From NCBI GenBank assembly GCA_977017645.1, contig OZ360237.1, positions 10,788,001 through 10,852,000 on the forward strand: DNA of 64,000 nucleotides, read 5' to 3'. The notes below the pieces were generated by a model. That model worked only from the letters and a program-made list of their open reading frames with translations, was not told where the DNA came from and did no database searches. The position numbers and the translations under genes are program-made. The number at the start of each line of letters is the position of its first letter. The stretch's first letter is position 1. The stretch comes from Torpedo marmorata. Its lineage: Eukaryota. This document shows, in pieces, positions 53,171-64,000 of this stretch.

Positions 53171-53460
53171 TAAACACGAAAATCTGTAGACACCGTGGTT
53201 AGAGTAAAAAACACAAAAGCTGGAGAACTCAGCAGGTCAAACAGTGTCTTTTATGTAGCAAAGGTAGAAATACATAACCGACGTTTCAGGCTTGAGCCCT
53301 TCTTCAAAGTATGAGAAAATGCCGGCAGACGGACGTCTGCCGGCATTTTCTCATACTTTGAAGAAGGGCTCAAGCCTGAAACGTCGGTTATGTATTTCTA
53401 CCTTTGCAACATAAAAGACACTGTTTGACCTGCTGAGTTCTCCAGCTTTTGTGTTTTTTA
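53171..53460. mobile_element. Penelope-derived inverted (head-to-head) pLTR insertion with 15-bp TSD
   Basis: Arms 53203-53331 and 53334-53462 are reverse complements (one mismatch seen) with a 2-nt spacer; each is nearly identical to 18225-18353; TSD ctagagactgcagag (53156-70 and 53461-75). Confidence 0.92.
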
Positions 53461-53889
53461 CTAGAGACTGCAGAGGTTGGAGGGTTGGAAGTGTTCACAG
53501 AAACCGTAAAATGCCAGGTCATTTGAAAACAACGGGAATGTTTTACAATGTAAGTATTGCCTGATCAGCGATTGCCAGTCCACAGCAGATTGGTGAATGA
53601 TCGTATTTTACGCGAGGTAGAATGAAGGCAGAGTAATGGACAAGTTCCCACTGATCCAGGGTGGAAGGCAATTAATCGGACAGATAATTGGAATAGAAAA
53701 CTTTAGATGAACCAAAGCAGGGAAACAGAGATTAAGGCACTCAAGGTATTGAAGTGAATACACATGGTCAACTTAAAGCCAAAATAGGCACAAATGTTTG
53801 CAAATAGTTTGGTTTAGCTTCAGATGGTAATGAATGAAATGAAGGAAGTTAGTGATTCATTAGTATTAAAACTTTACATCAAAGAACAA

Positions 53890-54022
53890 ACAAGTTCAAG
53901 TTTATTATCATCCGACTGTACATATACAACCCGACGAAACAGCGTTTCTCTGGACCACAGTGCACACACATACACACACAATACACAGTACATAATAATC
54001 ACATATATATATATATATATAT
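53890..54022 (-). mobile_element. Short Rex1-like 3' tail next to a (CA)/(TA)n microsatellite
   Basis: caagttcaagtttattatc...cgacgaaacagcgtttctctggacca resembles the family A tail (gagatagcgtttctccaggacca); (TA)n at ~54004-54022. Confidence 0.6.
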
Positions 54023-54966
54023 AAAGATATAATTTAAGATAATATACAGAAACATTTTGGGAAGAACAATGGTAACTTCCTCAGTCCAACAAGAAGATTA
54101 AATTTTGCATTCCTGGGAGAATTAGAGACAGAATTTATATGACCTGAAATCTCTTGTGATTAAGAATGCAGGAATTTGCCCAATTAGCACCTTCTTTAAT
54201 TAGGTTGACTGTCGGCAACCTGTGCCAAAGCAGAAATCAGCTTTAACAATCCATCCCTCAAAATATATGTGAAAATAGCAAAATGCTCTACAATTGCTCA
54301 TTATTTTATGTAATGCACAAAATTAAAGATAAACTTAAATGTAAAACCAATTTATCTGCCAATCTGCATGCTATTTCAACATTGCTTAGGAGTATGTACT
54401 CATTTGCTGGGCTTGTGTCAACCAGTGACTTACTAATAGCCAGAGTCTATATATTCAGAAGTTATCTTCAGTGAACCATTTTTTTTTAAACAGGATAAGC
54501 ATATTAATTGGAGTCTTCAATTAAATTTTAAGTGTTGGAAAGTGAAGTGACAAGAGGCTGGCGTGAATGCAAATTATTCTGTGAAACACTTTAATAGAAA
54601 TACCACTATTTTTGGGAATGGATTTAAAACTTTGCTTTAAGGTGGACAAAATGTTTCTATATCCCACTGACCAATCAAAGAAATACAGAAATGTATATCC
54701 TGTGACAGACCATTTATTTTTTAGGGGATAAAATTGGTGACATGCAAGTGGCCAGAACTATTTAAGCAGTTCGATCTTGGGAGGTCATGGGGCTGGACAA
54801 AGTTACAGAGAATGAGGGATGCATGTCCATGATAAGATTTAGAAACAAAACTGAGTATTTTGAAATAATTAAGTCCTCAATTGGTCACCAATGCAGTCAA
54901 TAAGAATAGATGTAATAGGTGAATTGGTCTTGATAGGGGTTAGGATATGGGCATTGATGTTTTAAT

Positions 54967-56529
54967 CAAGTCAAGTCAAGTAAAGTCACCTTTATTTGTC
55001 GTTCATTACCATATACACAGTAAGATGAGATAGCGTTTCTCCAGGACCATGGGCAGATGTACATAAATATCATAATACAATAGACAAAAAAAAAACTAGC
55101 ATGCTAATACACATATATATCTAGGAATTGAGGAGCCTGATGGCTTGGGGGAAAAAACTGTTGCACAGTCTGGACGTACGAGCCCGAGTGCTTCGGTACC
55201 TCCTTCCAGATGGCAAAGGGGAAAACAGTTTACCAAAGGGGTGTGAGAAGTCCTTCACAACGTTTTTAGCCTTCCTCATGCATCGTGTGATGTAGATGTC
55301 CATCATGTTGGGGAGAGCGACTCCAATAATTTTCTCCGCTGACCTCACTATCCTCTGCAGGGTCTTTCGGTCCGAGGTGGTACAGTTTCCAAACCAAGCG
55401 GTGATGCAATTGCTCAGAATACCCTCAATACATCCCCTGTAGAATGTAGTAAGGATAGGGGGTGAGAGATGAACTTTCCTCAGTCTTCGTAGGAAGTAAA
55501 AACGCTGCTGGGCTTTCTTGACTATGGAACTGGTGTTGAGGGACCAGCTGAGACTCTCCGCCAAGTGCACTCCAAAAAACTTGGTACTCTTTACGACCTC
55601 AACGGTAGAGCCGTCCATGGTCAAAGGAGAATGATCCCCGGGGCCCTTCTGAAGTCGACAACCAACTCTTTTGTTTTGTTTACGTTCAGCTGCAGATTGT
55701 TGGTTCCGCACCATTCCATTAGCGACTGCACGTCATCTCTGTATGCTGGCTCATCGTTCTTACTGATAAGGCCCACAACAGTTGTATCATCAGCGAACTT
55801 TATGATGTGATTCGAGCTGTGTTTTGCTGCACAGTCATGAGTCAGCAGGGTGAACAGCAATGGACTAAGCACACAGCCCTGGGGAGCCCCCGTGCTCAAT
55901 ATAATGACCTTAGAAGTGCTGTTTCCAATCCGGACTGCCTGAGGTCTTCCCGTCAGGAAGTCTAGGATCTAATTACAGAGGGTGTAGTTTCGGCCCAGCC
56001 CCCTCAACCTCCCTATCAGGTACTGAGGTATGATCGTGTTGAATGCCGAGCTGAAGTCAATAAACAGCATTCGAACATACGCGTCCTTATTTTCCAGGTG
56101 GGTGAGGGCTAGGTGGAGAGTGGTAATGATTGCATCATCTGTGGAGCGGTTTGATCTATATGCGAACTGCAGGGGGGGTCCAGTGAGGGGGGCAGCAGAA
56201 GCTTGATGTGCCTCATGACGAGCCTCTCGAAGCTCTTCATGATGGTAGATGTGAGTGCGACAGGGCGGTAGTCATTGAGGCAGGACACCGTTGACTTCTT
56301 CAGCACAGGGATGATGGTAGCGGCTTTGAAGCACGTTGGAACCACGGCACTGCTCAGGGAGATGTTAAAGATGTCGGTGAGAACATCAGCCAGCTGGGCC
56401 GCACATCCCCTGAGCACTCTGCCGGGAATGTTATCTGGCCCAGCAGCTTTCCGTGGGTTAACCTTGCTTAACACTCTCCTCATGTTGGCCACTGTGAAAC
56501 ACAGCACCTGATCATTTGGAGGAGGGGTT
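54967..56529 (-). mobile_element. Rex1/Babar family A copy (RT to 3' end), frameshifted
   Basis: ORFs 56109-56507, 55621-55899 and 55121-55714 give the RT motifs ([14 protein letters not shown]); tail (GACTT)n; probable TSD tttaat (54961-66 and 56528-33). Confidence 0.92.
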
Positions 56530-57813
56530 TAATATATTGAGAGCAGAAGATGGCAGGCTTGTCAGGACCGTGACAAAGTGTTTCAGAAGTCAATGAGCTG
56601 AAACATGGACAGAGTTGAGTTTCTTTATGGAATTGCCAGTGATGATCAACGGTCAGAACTTCAAGTAAGGTTCATGAACAAGTACAAGAATGGGAAATGT
56701 CACATTCAATCTCAAACAGAAGGAGAGCAGAAATAAAGAGCGAGAGGTTAAAAGAAATCTGATGCAGAAGATGTTGGCAATAGCCTTCCTGGTATTTATT
56801 TCCATAATCCATATTGGACAAGAAGTTTAACAAATATGAGATGCATTGCAGGGTAAAGGAAAGAGAGTGTACAGTGTCTACTGATGGCAGAGTATAGATG
56901 AGAGATAGGAGCAGGCAGGATAGATTTTTAAGGTTTCCAGTGGTAATGGTGATGTCATTGAATATAGGATCTCAAGATCAGTAAAAAGTGCACAAGGTCT
57001 TCAAACATCGCTGAAGGCAAGGTAGAGAAGGCAGGGCCTTGTCACAACCAAATTCTTGTTAACTCTTAATGGTGCAATAGGATTTCTAGACATTAACTAA
57101 ATGAAAACAGTTACAAAGGTAATGCCTTAACAAGAAATTTAAAGAATAAAATGGTAAAGATTAGAAATTAGAGCAGGCAGACAGTGGCAGTAAAGGGGCT
57201 CAATTTATTTCTTCAGTGAGGCGTTGTTGGAGCCTTCCCTTTAACAAAGGAGCAAAGCTATGACCGCAAGAGCCTGTTTCTCCCACGAGTGATCTATAAA
57301 CTGCCACTCATGTTGTCCAATACACGAAAGTGCTGAAGAAATTCAGCAGGTCACGCAGCATACAGAGGGAGTAAAAGACAACTGTATAGGGCCTGAGCCC
57401 TTTAACTAATGCAGTCTAGCCAGCAGCTTCAATAGATCATCGATTATTTGCTTGTTCTGCAAGCAATTAAAACAAGTAAATCAACAAAACCCAGAGCATC
57501 TATTACCTATATTCTAGATCATTCATCTTTGCTCATTTTCCACCATTAAGCCTGCTACACTGTTCATCTTCGTAATTAGCAATAATTTCCAATGCTTCTG
57601 ACTGCCACACTTCTCTCCTATGGTGGAAAATTCAATTTTGTGTTTAGCTTTGAATTGTTTTAAAGGTAGAATTTAAATGAAAGTTCTGGATATTTGTTAC
57701 TCTGGAGGGGAAAAAAAGCTCTTCATTGTTTTAGGTTTGTTAATTCAAATTGGTTTTGCTTTCCAATTTATAATATTAAAACACCTACATTATCTTTTCT
57801 TAACTGGAAACAG

Positions 57814-58002
57814 NNNNNNNNNNNNNNNNNNNNNNNNNNNNNNNNNNNNNNNNNNNNNNNNNNNNNNNNNNNNNNNNNNNNNNNNNNNNNNNNNNNNNNN
57901 NNNNNNNNNNNNNNNNNNNNNNNNNNNNNNNNNNNNNNNNNNNNNNNNNNNNNNNNNNNNNNNNNNNNNNNNNNNNNNNNNNNNNNNNNNNNNNNNNNNN
58001 NN
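57814..58002. other. Assembly gap (189 N)
   Basis: Run of n characters. Confidence 1.
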
Positions 58003-59292
58003 CCAGCTACATATGAAAGCATATTACATTTACAGTTAATCAGCACTGGCCAAAATAATAGCATACAAAATCCTTGAAGTCATATGTTGTGGCTTCGAAG
58101 GAATAATAGAAAAATATTGAAAACAGACTCAGTTGCCTCTAGTGACAACCCATCACTTAAACCAAGCTGAAACCCACATTATATTTCAATAGAAGTAGGT
58201 TACTAATCATTCAAAATTGGGAGAATGTGATTTTTCTTACCTTCTAAATTTTTCATGACATGAGACCATTTGGCCCATTAAATCCTGCTCTCAGAGCATT
58301 CCCATGAGTCCCATTCCCTCATTTATTTCTCGATAACCCATTCCTTCTTACATGCCTACATGCCTATCAATTTCCCTTAATTTCTACCCCCTCCACCACC
58401 ATTCTACTGCCATCTGTCTTCACGTGGGGCAATTTACAGCAACTAATTAACCTGCCAACCAGCACATTTTTAGGATGTGGATGAAAGTGGGAATACTGGA
58501 GGAAACCTGTGTGGTCACAGGGAGAATGTACCAACTGCATCTTAGCTCTGCTTTGAGCACAGGTAGTTGGAGCATTGCAACAGCACCATTAATTGTTGCA
58601 CCATCATACCAAGCTCCGTGCCACTTGATGCCTTCTCGTGATGGCTCACTAGGAAATATATTTTTCTTAAACATGTCAATAACATATCTGAAAGAAAATA
58701 AATTTCCCATGCAAGAAGCTGAAAATAGAATTGAAGTTAGTATGCAGCAAGCATTCAACAAAATGCACAACATCCCTGCTTCATTGTGTTTACATTCTGT
58801 TTTTAAACAATTTTCTGCCTAACTGTCAAGAAATTGAACTAGTTTTGGATATGTCTAACCCTAAAGGGAATTAAGTACCCCACATAACTCTTATGTCTCA
58901 GTATAATCTTTGATCAAAATGACTGGATCAATATTGCAGGCACATAGTTCAATCCAATTACTTTAACCCATTCTATTTCATCTTAATTTTAATTTATTCA
59001 AACACTTATTCTAAAACTCATCTTATTATCACCTATACAGTTAATACTCTACTGCTTCCATGCAACACTCTTCGAAGAACTCTGTTTTTATTTAATTAAT
59101 TACATTGCTTAGTATCCTTTTTTTCAAAAGGGCATTCTTCTAAATTGCTCATCAAACCTTTTCTTCAGCATCTTGTTTAGAAAAATAAACCATCTGTCAT
59201 TTACACTCTAGAACAGCACAGCCTCAGTCACAAACCACCACCATGAGTGCATTCAGGGTTCATTTTTAAACTAGCGTTAGCCATTTCTCTTC

Positions 59293-60305
59293 CTTAGTCC
59301 CCTGCTCTACTCACTTTACACCTACGACTGTGTGGCTCAGTACGACAATAACACCATCTACAAATTTGCTGACAATACCACGGTAGTGGGTTGTATAGAG
59401 GAAGGGGATGAGTCAGCATACGGGATGGAGATTGAAAACTTGGCTGAATGGTGCACCAACAACAACCTTGTACTCAATGTCACCAAAACTAAGGAGCTGA
59501 TTGTTGACTTCAGGAAAGGAAAGCCAGAGGTATACAATCCAGTGATCATTGGGGGATCAGAGCTGGAGAGGGTGGGCAAATTTAAGTACTTGGGAGTCAC
59601 TATCTCGGAGGATCTTTCCTGGACCCAACACACCAATGGCATCGTGAAGAAAGCACGTCAGCGCCTCTACATCCTCAGGAGTTAGCGAAGGTTTGGTATG
59701 ACATCAGAAACCCTGGAAAATTTCTACAGATGTGTGGTGGAAAGTGTGCTGACCGGCTGCATCACGGTCTGGCATGGAAACACCAATACCCCTGAGCGTA
59801 AAGCCCTCCAAAAGGTAGTGGACACAGCCCAGGACATCACAGGCAAAACCCTCCCCATTACTGAGTACATCTACAGGGAATGCTGCTGTCAGAGAGCAGC
59901 AGCAATCATCAAGGACCCACACCACCCAGCACATGCTCTGTTCTCGCTGCTGCCATCAGGAAAGAGGTATAGGTGCCACAAGACTCGCACCACCAGGTTC
60001 AGGAACAGCTGCTACCACTCCACCATCAGAATCCTCAATGACAAAGTCAATCAGAGATTCATTTAAGGACTCTTACTTGTGCACTTTATTGATTTTCTTT
60101 TTTATTCTCTCTGTATTGCACAGTTTGTTTACATTCGTTATCTGTTCACAGTTCTTTGTTTGTTTACATGTTTTACACTGTGTATAGTTTATTTTTTGCA
60201 CTACCAATTAGTGGTAATTCTGCCGTGCCTGCAGGTAAAAGGAATCTCAGGGTTGTATGTGATATATGTACTCTGACAATAAATCTGAAATCTGAAAAAT
60301 CTGAA
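59293..60305 (+). mobile_element. Rex1/Babar family B, longest copy
   Basis: SPLLYSLYTYDC..IYKFADNTTVVG..LNVTKTKELIVDFRK..HPAHALFSLLPSGKRY..TTRFRNS; premature TAG near 59683; tail (AATCTGA)n. Confidence 0.92.
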
Positions 60306-61238
60306 AACTCTCTATCACACACACAGCCTCATGGTATCTATCATCTACATCCTACTGTGAGTGACTTCCCCTCATTCTTTCCTAATATTAATTGAAATGC
60401 CTGGAAAACTGCAGCGTAATGCAAGGTGCCAAAGCTCATAACCCTTCAGTGTGGCTGCCTCATGCATTTATAGTTATTTAAAGTAAGAAGTGGTTGAGTC
60501 AAACAAGACCAGAGTGAATAACCTGATGAATTGCTTTACATACCATAATTACTTTTTGGCATGGTGCAGGCAAGAGCTGTTGTCCTGATTCAAGATTAAT
60601 TTTCAGATCAAGGTAAAGGATACCAGTAATGGGGATTAAATCCATTTGTCTCACTTCAGGCCATCACCATAAAGCACGCCCAGGCTATATACAGCATGAA
60701 CAAGCGAATAGGACATCTGCCCAAAAATGTGTCAACCTCAGAATGTCACATTGAGTGCCAAAATGAATGAGCCAATTAAATTATCAGACTTTTTTTGCAG
60801 CACATTTCCCAAAAATATCAAAGTGCTGCGTGAGGGATAATTCCTCCGTAAGCAAAAAACAAAACACTGACGCGGGAAACATGACATAAAACTGAAACTA
60901 CTGAAAAGCTGGTCGGGCAACATCTTTGGAGAGAAAATCAGAGTTGATGCTCCATAATGATGACCCTTCATCAGCATTCTTTGTCTCGGTAGACAACTGT
61001 AACACTCATTTTCCATAAGCAAGATTTCCCAGATACCAATAATTTTTTTCAGTACAAATGGTTGTACTTAATGTTGCTCAGGAATCAGAGGATATTTATA
61101 ATTTAGGTGCAGCCATGAAACGTTTTACATCCATTACAGTCAATTAACAAAGTACAGAGCTAATTATTGAACCTGCTGGTCATTGGGGGGTACCTTTCCA
61201 GATTTCAGGTCACAGGGAGATTGGCTAAAGTTGCCCAT

Positions 61239-61556
61239 GTCAACACTGTCAGTTAAGCAGAGGGCATGAACACTGCTGCCAGTGTCACAGTGTAACTTGT
61301 CGACACTGCCAGTGAAGCACAGGGCATGGACGCTGCTGCCAGTGTCACAGTGTATCCGGTCAATACTGCGAGTGAAGCCAGGGCATGGACACTGCTGCCA
61401 GTGTCACCGTGTTAATGGTTAACACTGCCAGTGAAGCAGAGGGCATGGACACTACTGCCAGTGTCACAGTGTAACCAGTCAACACTGCCAGTGAAGCAGA
61501 GGGCATGGACACTGCAGACAGTGTCACAGTGAAACTGATCAACATTGCTGGTATCA
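61239..61556. repeat. Minisatellite, ~5.3 copies of a 60-bp unit
   Basis: Unit about caacactgccagtgaagcagagggcatggacactgctgccagtgtcacagtgtaaccagt, with an internal GACACTG-4nt-CAGTGTC inverted repeat. Confidence 0.92.
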
Positions 61557-61649
61557 CAGGCATAGATAACATTCCCATGCCAGGGGGGAATGGTCAAAAC
61601 TGCCAATGCTGCCCAGTTAAGTATTCAAAATGCCTGATGCATCAAGGAG

Positions 61650-63250
61650 GACAGTCAATGATGCCAATGGAAATGTTCATTGCCAGGCACTTGTGTGCAT
61701 GCTGAAGTTGTCTAAACTAAGGAGATGTCTAAACCAAGGATGTACAGTAGAAAGGCCTTGAATGAACTGGTCCTTGTAAAATCAAATTGAACATTGATGA
61801 ACAGATTTTTGATATGCAAGTACTTAATTGCACAGTCTGGAACACCTTCCATCCCTTGACTGATAATTGTGAGTTAACTTATGGGAAGGTCATTCACAGA
61901 ATGTATTTGTCATGCTTTTTCTTGGCAGGTAATACCTGCAGAGTGGTCCACTTTGTCAAGTTGATGGTGTATGGAGCAGCTTGGCTAAAGGTGCAGCCAG
62001 TTCTGGACCACAGGTTTTCAGCACCGCAGCTGAGGTATTGTCAGACCTCATGGTATTTGCTGTATCCAATGTACTTGGCTGTTTCTTTGACATCATTTGA
62101 AGCAAACTGAATTGACTGAAGACCAACTTCTGTGAAGATATTTTCAAATGTTTCAGCCCATTTTTTGAACTCAAGCATTCGGTTCCACCATGAGAGGATG
62201 GGGTATTCATGATACCTGCTGCTCGCATTAGTTGTTCAATTGCCTTCTTTCATGACCACCTATGGTCAGACTGTTGATGTTTGATATGGTCACTGATGGT
62301 TTCTATGGTCGCAAGATTGCTCAGCAATATCTAAGACACATGGTATCCCCCATAATTATTCACCAGATTGGTATATCATACTACACCTTACATAGTCTCA
62401 GACACTGTCCATTGATCATCACCTGAGCCCTTGGTATAATGCTAATAGTATGCATTTTGCCACAATGATAAAGCTGTTGCTGGAATAGAATTCTGTTACT
62501 TCCAATAACCTAGAGTGCCTCTGCCGTGAATGTGTAACATTTAGCTCTCTGGTAGTGCCAGACAATGATGAATGGTGTCTGTACCATGTGAAGATAGGGT
62601 TTTGTCTCCTCTAGGATTGTACAATGGCCACTCCTACCGACAGTCTGTAACCAATAGTTAATAGAGGACATGGCTAAATAGGTTTCTCTCATGTTTCTTT
62701 TATGGCCCGTGGCAAGCCGAGTGTGATAATTGTGGCCTCGAGAACTCAATCAATTTAGTCAATACTGGTTCCTCTGGGCCATTCTTAGAGATGCATATTG
62801 AAGAGTATATTCTTTGCCCTTACTCAGTGCTGCTTTTGAATGTTGTAGTGCTGTTGAACAATGAGGAACAATGATTCATAAGTCAGGGAGAATTCATAAG
62901 TTTATCACCAACAGGGAACTAATGACTGTGTTTGACATTCACTGGGTTCTGAATCAATGTTGAGGTTTCCCAGTCTCTGGGGCAGAACATACCTGGAGAT
63001 GAAACAGAGGTGTCCATGATGTTAGCAAAACGTTATAATCCCATTGCTTCATTTATGGGACAACTATCCTAATTTAAGTATGCCCCAAATGTTAGTGAAG
63101 AAGACTTTGCTTCTGTTGTATCCAAATCGATGCTGAGGTCAGTGACAGGTGATTTGTCAGCTTTTATAATGATGAAGACATTTTGTGTTGCCATTTTGAA
63201 ACAACTGATCTATTTGACAGACCACTGAAGATAACTTTCAGAGTCTACTC
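61650..63250 (-). mobile_element. Old degenerate CR1/L2-type LINE (RT and endonuclease remnants)
   Basis: ORF 61956-62228 ends DNTSAAVLKTCGPELAAPLAKLL (GPDxIPxxVLKxCAxEL motif); 3' remnants of what looks like the same family at ~38480-38790 and ~44800-45080. Confidence 0.6.
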
Positions 63251-63334
63251 CAAACCCCAGATATGAAGTTATGTATTGGCCTGAGGGCAAAAGGTCAGCA
63301 GAATTATTAATAGACCCATTAATTTTTTCTTTTT

Positions 63335-64000
63335 AAAATATTTTTATTCAGTTTAACATATAAACATCTATACAGAAAAAAAAATATTGAGAAAAACACA
63401 TAAAAAGTCATCTCATATTCATACATATATAAAGAAAAAACAAATGGAACTGCATTGACCAGTTCCTAAATTCATATGAGAGACAAGTTATGAATATGGT
63501 GTAAATTCATGTTAAAGCTCATATTCCAAATTATTAAACTAAAAAGAATAATATAATATAAAAGAAAAAAAATTCAGAACAAAAAAAAACCTAACAAACT
63601 AAATCTAATCTAACCCCTCCCTCTAATCAAGGTTACCTTTATACGAAAAAAAAGGGAAAGAAAAATGGATCAGATAGCAACCTCCAGACATCGGACAGAG
63701 ATTCCTCGGGGCATTCACAGTTATTATTTCTTCCAATCATGATAGTATTCTATGAATGGACCCCATATCTTTAAAAATTGGAACTTTCTATCTTTAATAT
63801 TATATTTAATTTTCTCCAAGCTCAAACAAGACATTACATCCTGTAACCACTGTATATGTGTAGGTGAGAATCATCTTTCCATTTCAATAAAATTGCTCGT
63901 CTGGCTATCAATGTGGAAAAGGCTAAAACTTTCTCCTGAGATGCAGATAGATGTATATTTGGTTCACGTGAAAAACCAAACAGAGCAATTATCGGACATG
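63335..64000 (-). mobile_element. L1 LINE 3' part (runs off the window edge)
   Basis: Minus strand CPIIALFGFS..LAFSTLIARRAILLKWK / QWLQDVMSCLSLEKIKY..FLKIWGPF; T-rich 3' UTR and AATAAA. Confidence 0.85.

Noticed and set aside
57677-58077. ORFs spanning the poly-X stretch
   Set aside because: Artefacts of the 189-N assembly gap.
61239-61556. CRISPR array, or a coding repeat (ORFs 61360-61705)
   Set aside because: There are no unique spacers and no cas genes, the context is vertebrate, and stops or a 1-nt indel break the frames.

Overview
Eukaryotic (vertebrate) genomic DNA, most likely a cartilaginous fish, judging by HE1/V-type tRNA SINEs and shark/ray-type CR1, Rex1/Babar and Penelope families; it is not prokaryotic. 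The only host gene I can support is an inscuteable (INSC) orthologue on the minus strand. A short exon with the start codon (49596-49690, MAAGGGSFLESLSSSVQR) splices in phase across a ~45.8-kb intron to a 346-nt exon (3484-3829, MHLIEIDSVQRWMEDL...). The rest is intronic or upstream sequence packed with transposable elements. These include a near full-length CR1 LINE (zinc finger plus SGNH esterase ORF1; APE-RT ORF2) carrying a nested solo LTR and a Rex1 copy, a young Neptune-like Penelope element, and several Penelope 3' ends with a minimal hammerhead-ribozyme-like motif, one of them a 129-bp-arm palindrome. There are also two solo LTRs with 4-bp TSDs, L1/Tx1 tails, a Tc1/mariner-type MITE, a 5S-rRNA-headed SINE, many tRNA SINEs, a 60-bp hairpin minisatellite and a 189-N gap. 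All family calls come from motifs read by eye; no database search was run. I found no evidence for a wholly new gene system; the best leads are the Penelope hammerhead/palindrome family, the 5S SINE and the apparently non-autonomous Rex1 lineage.
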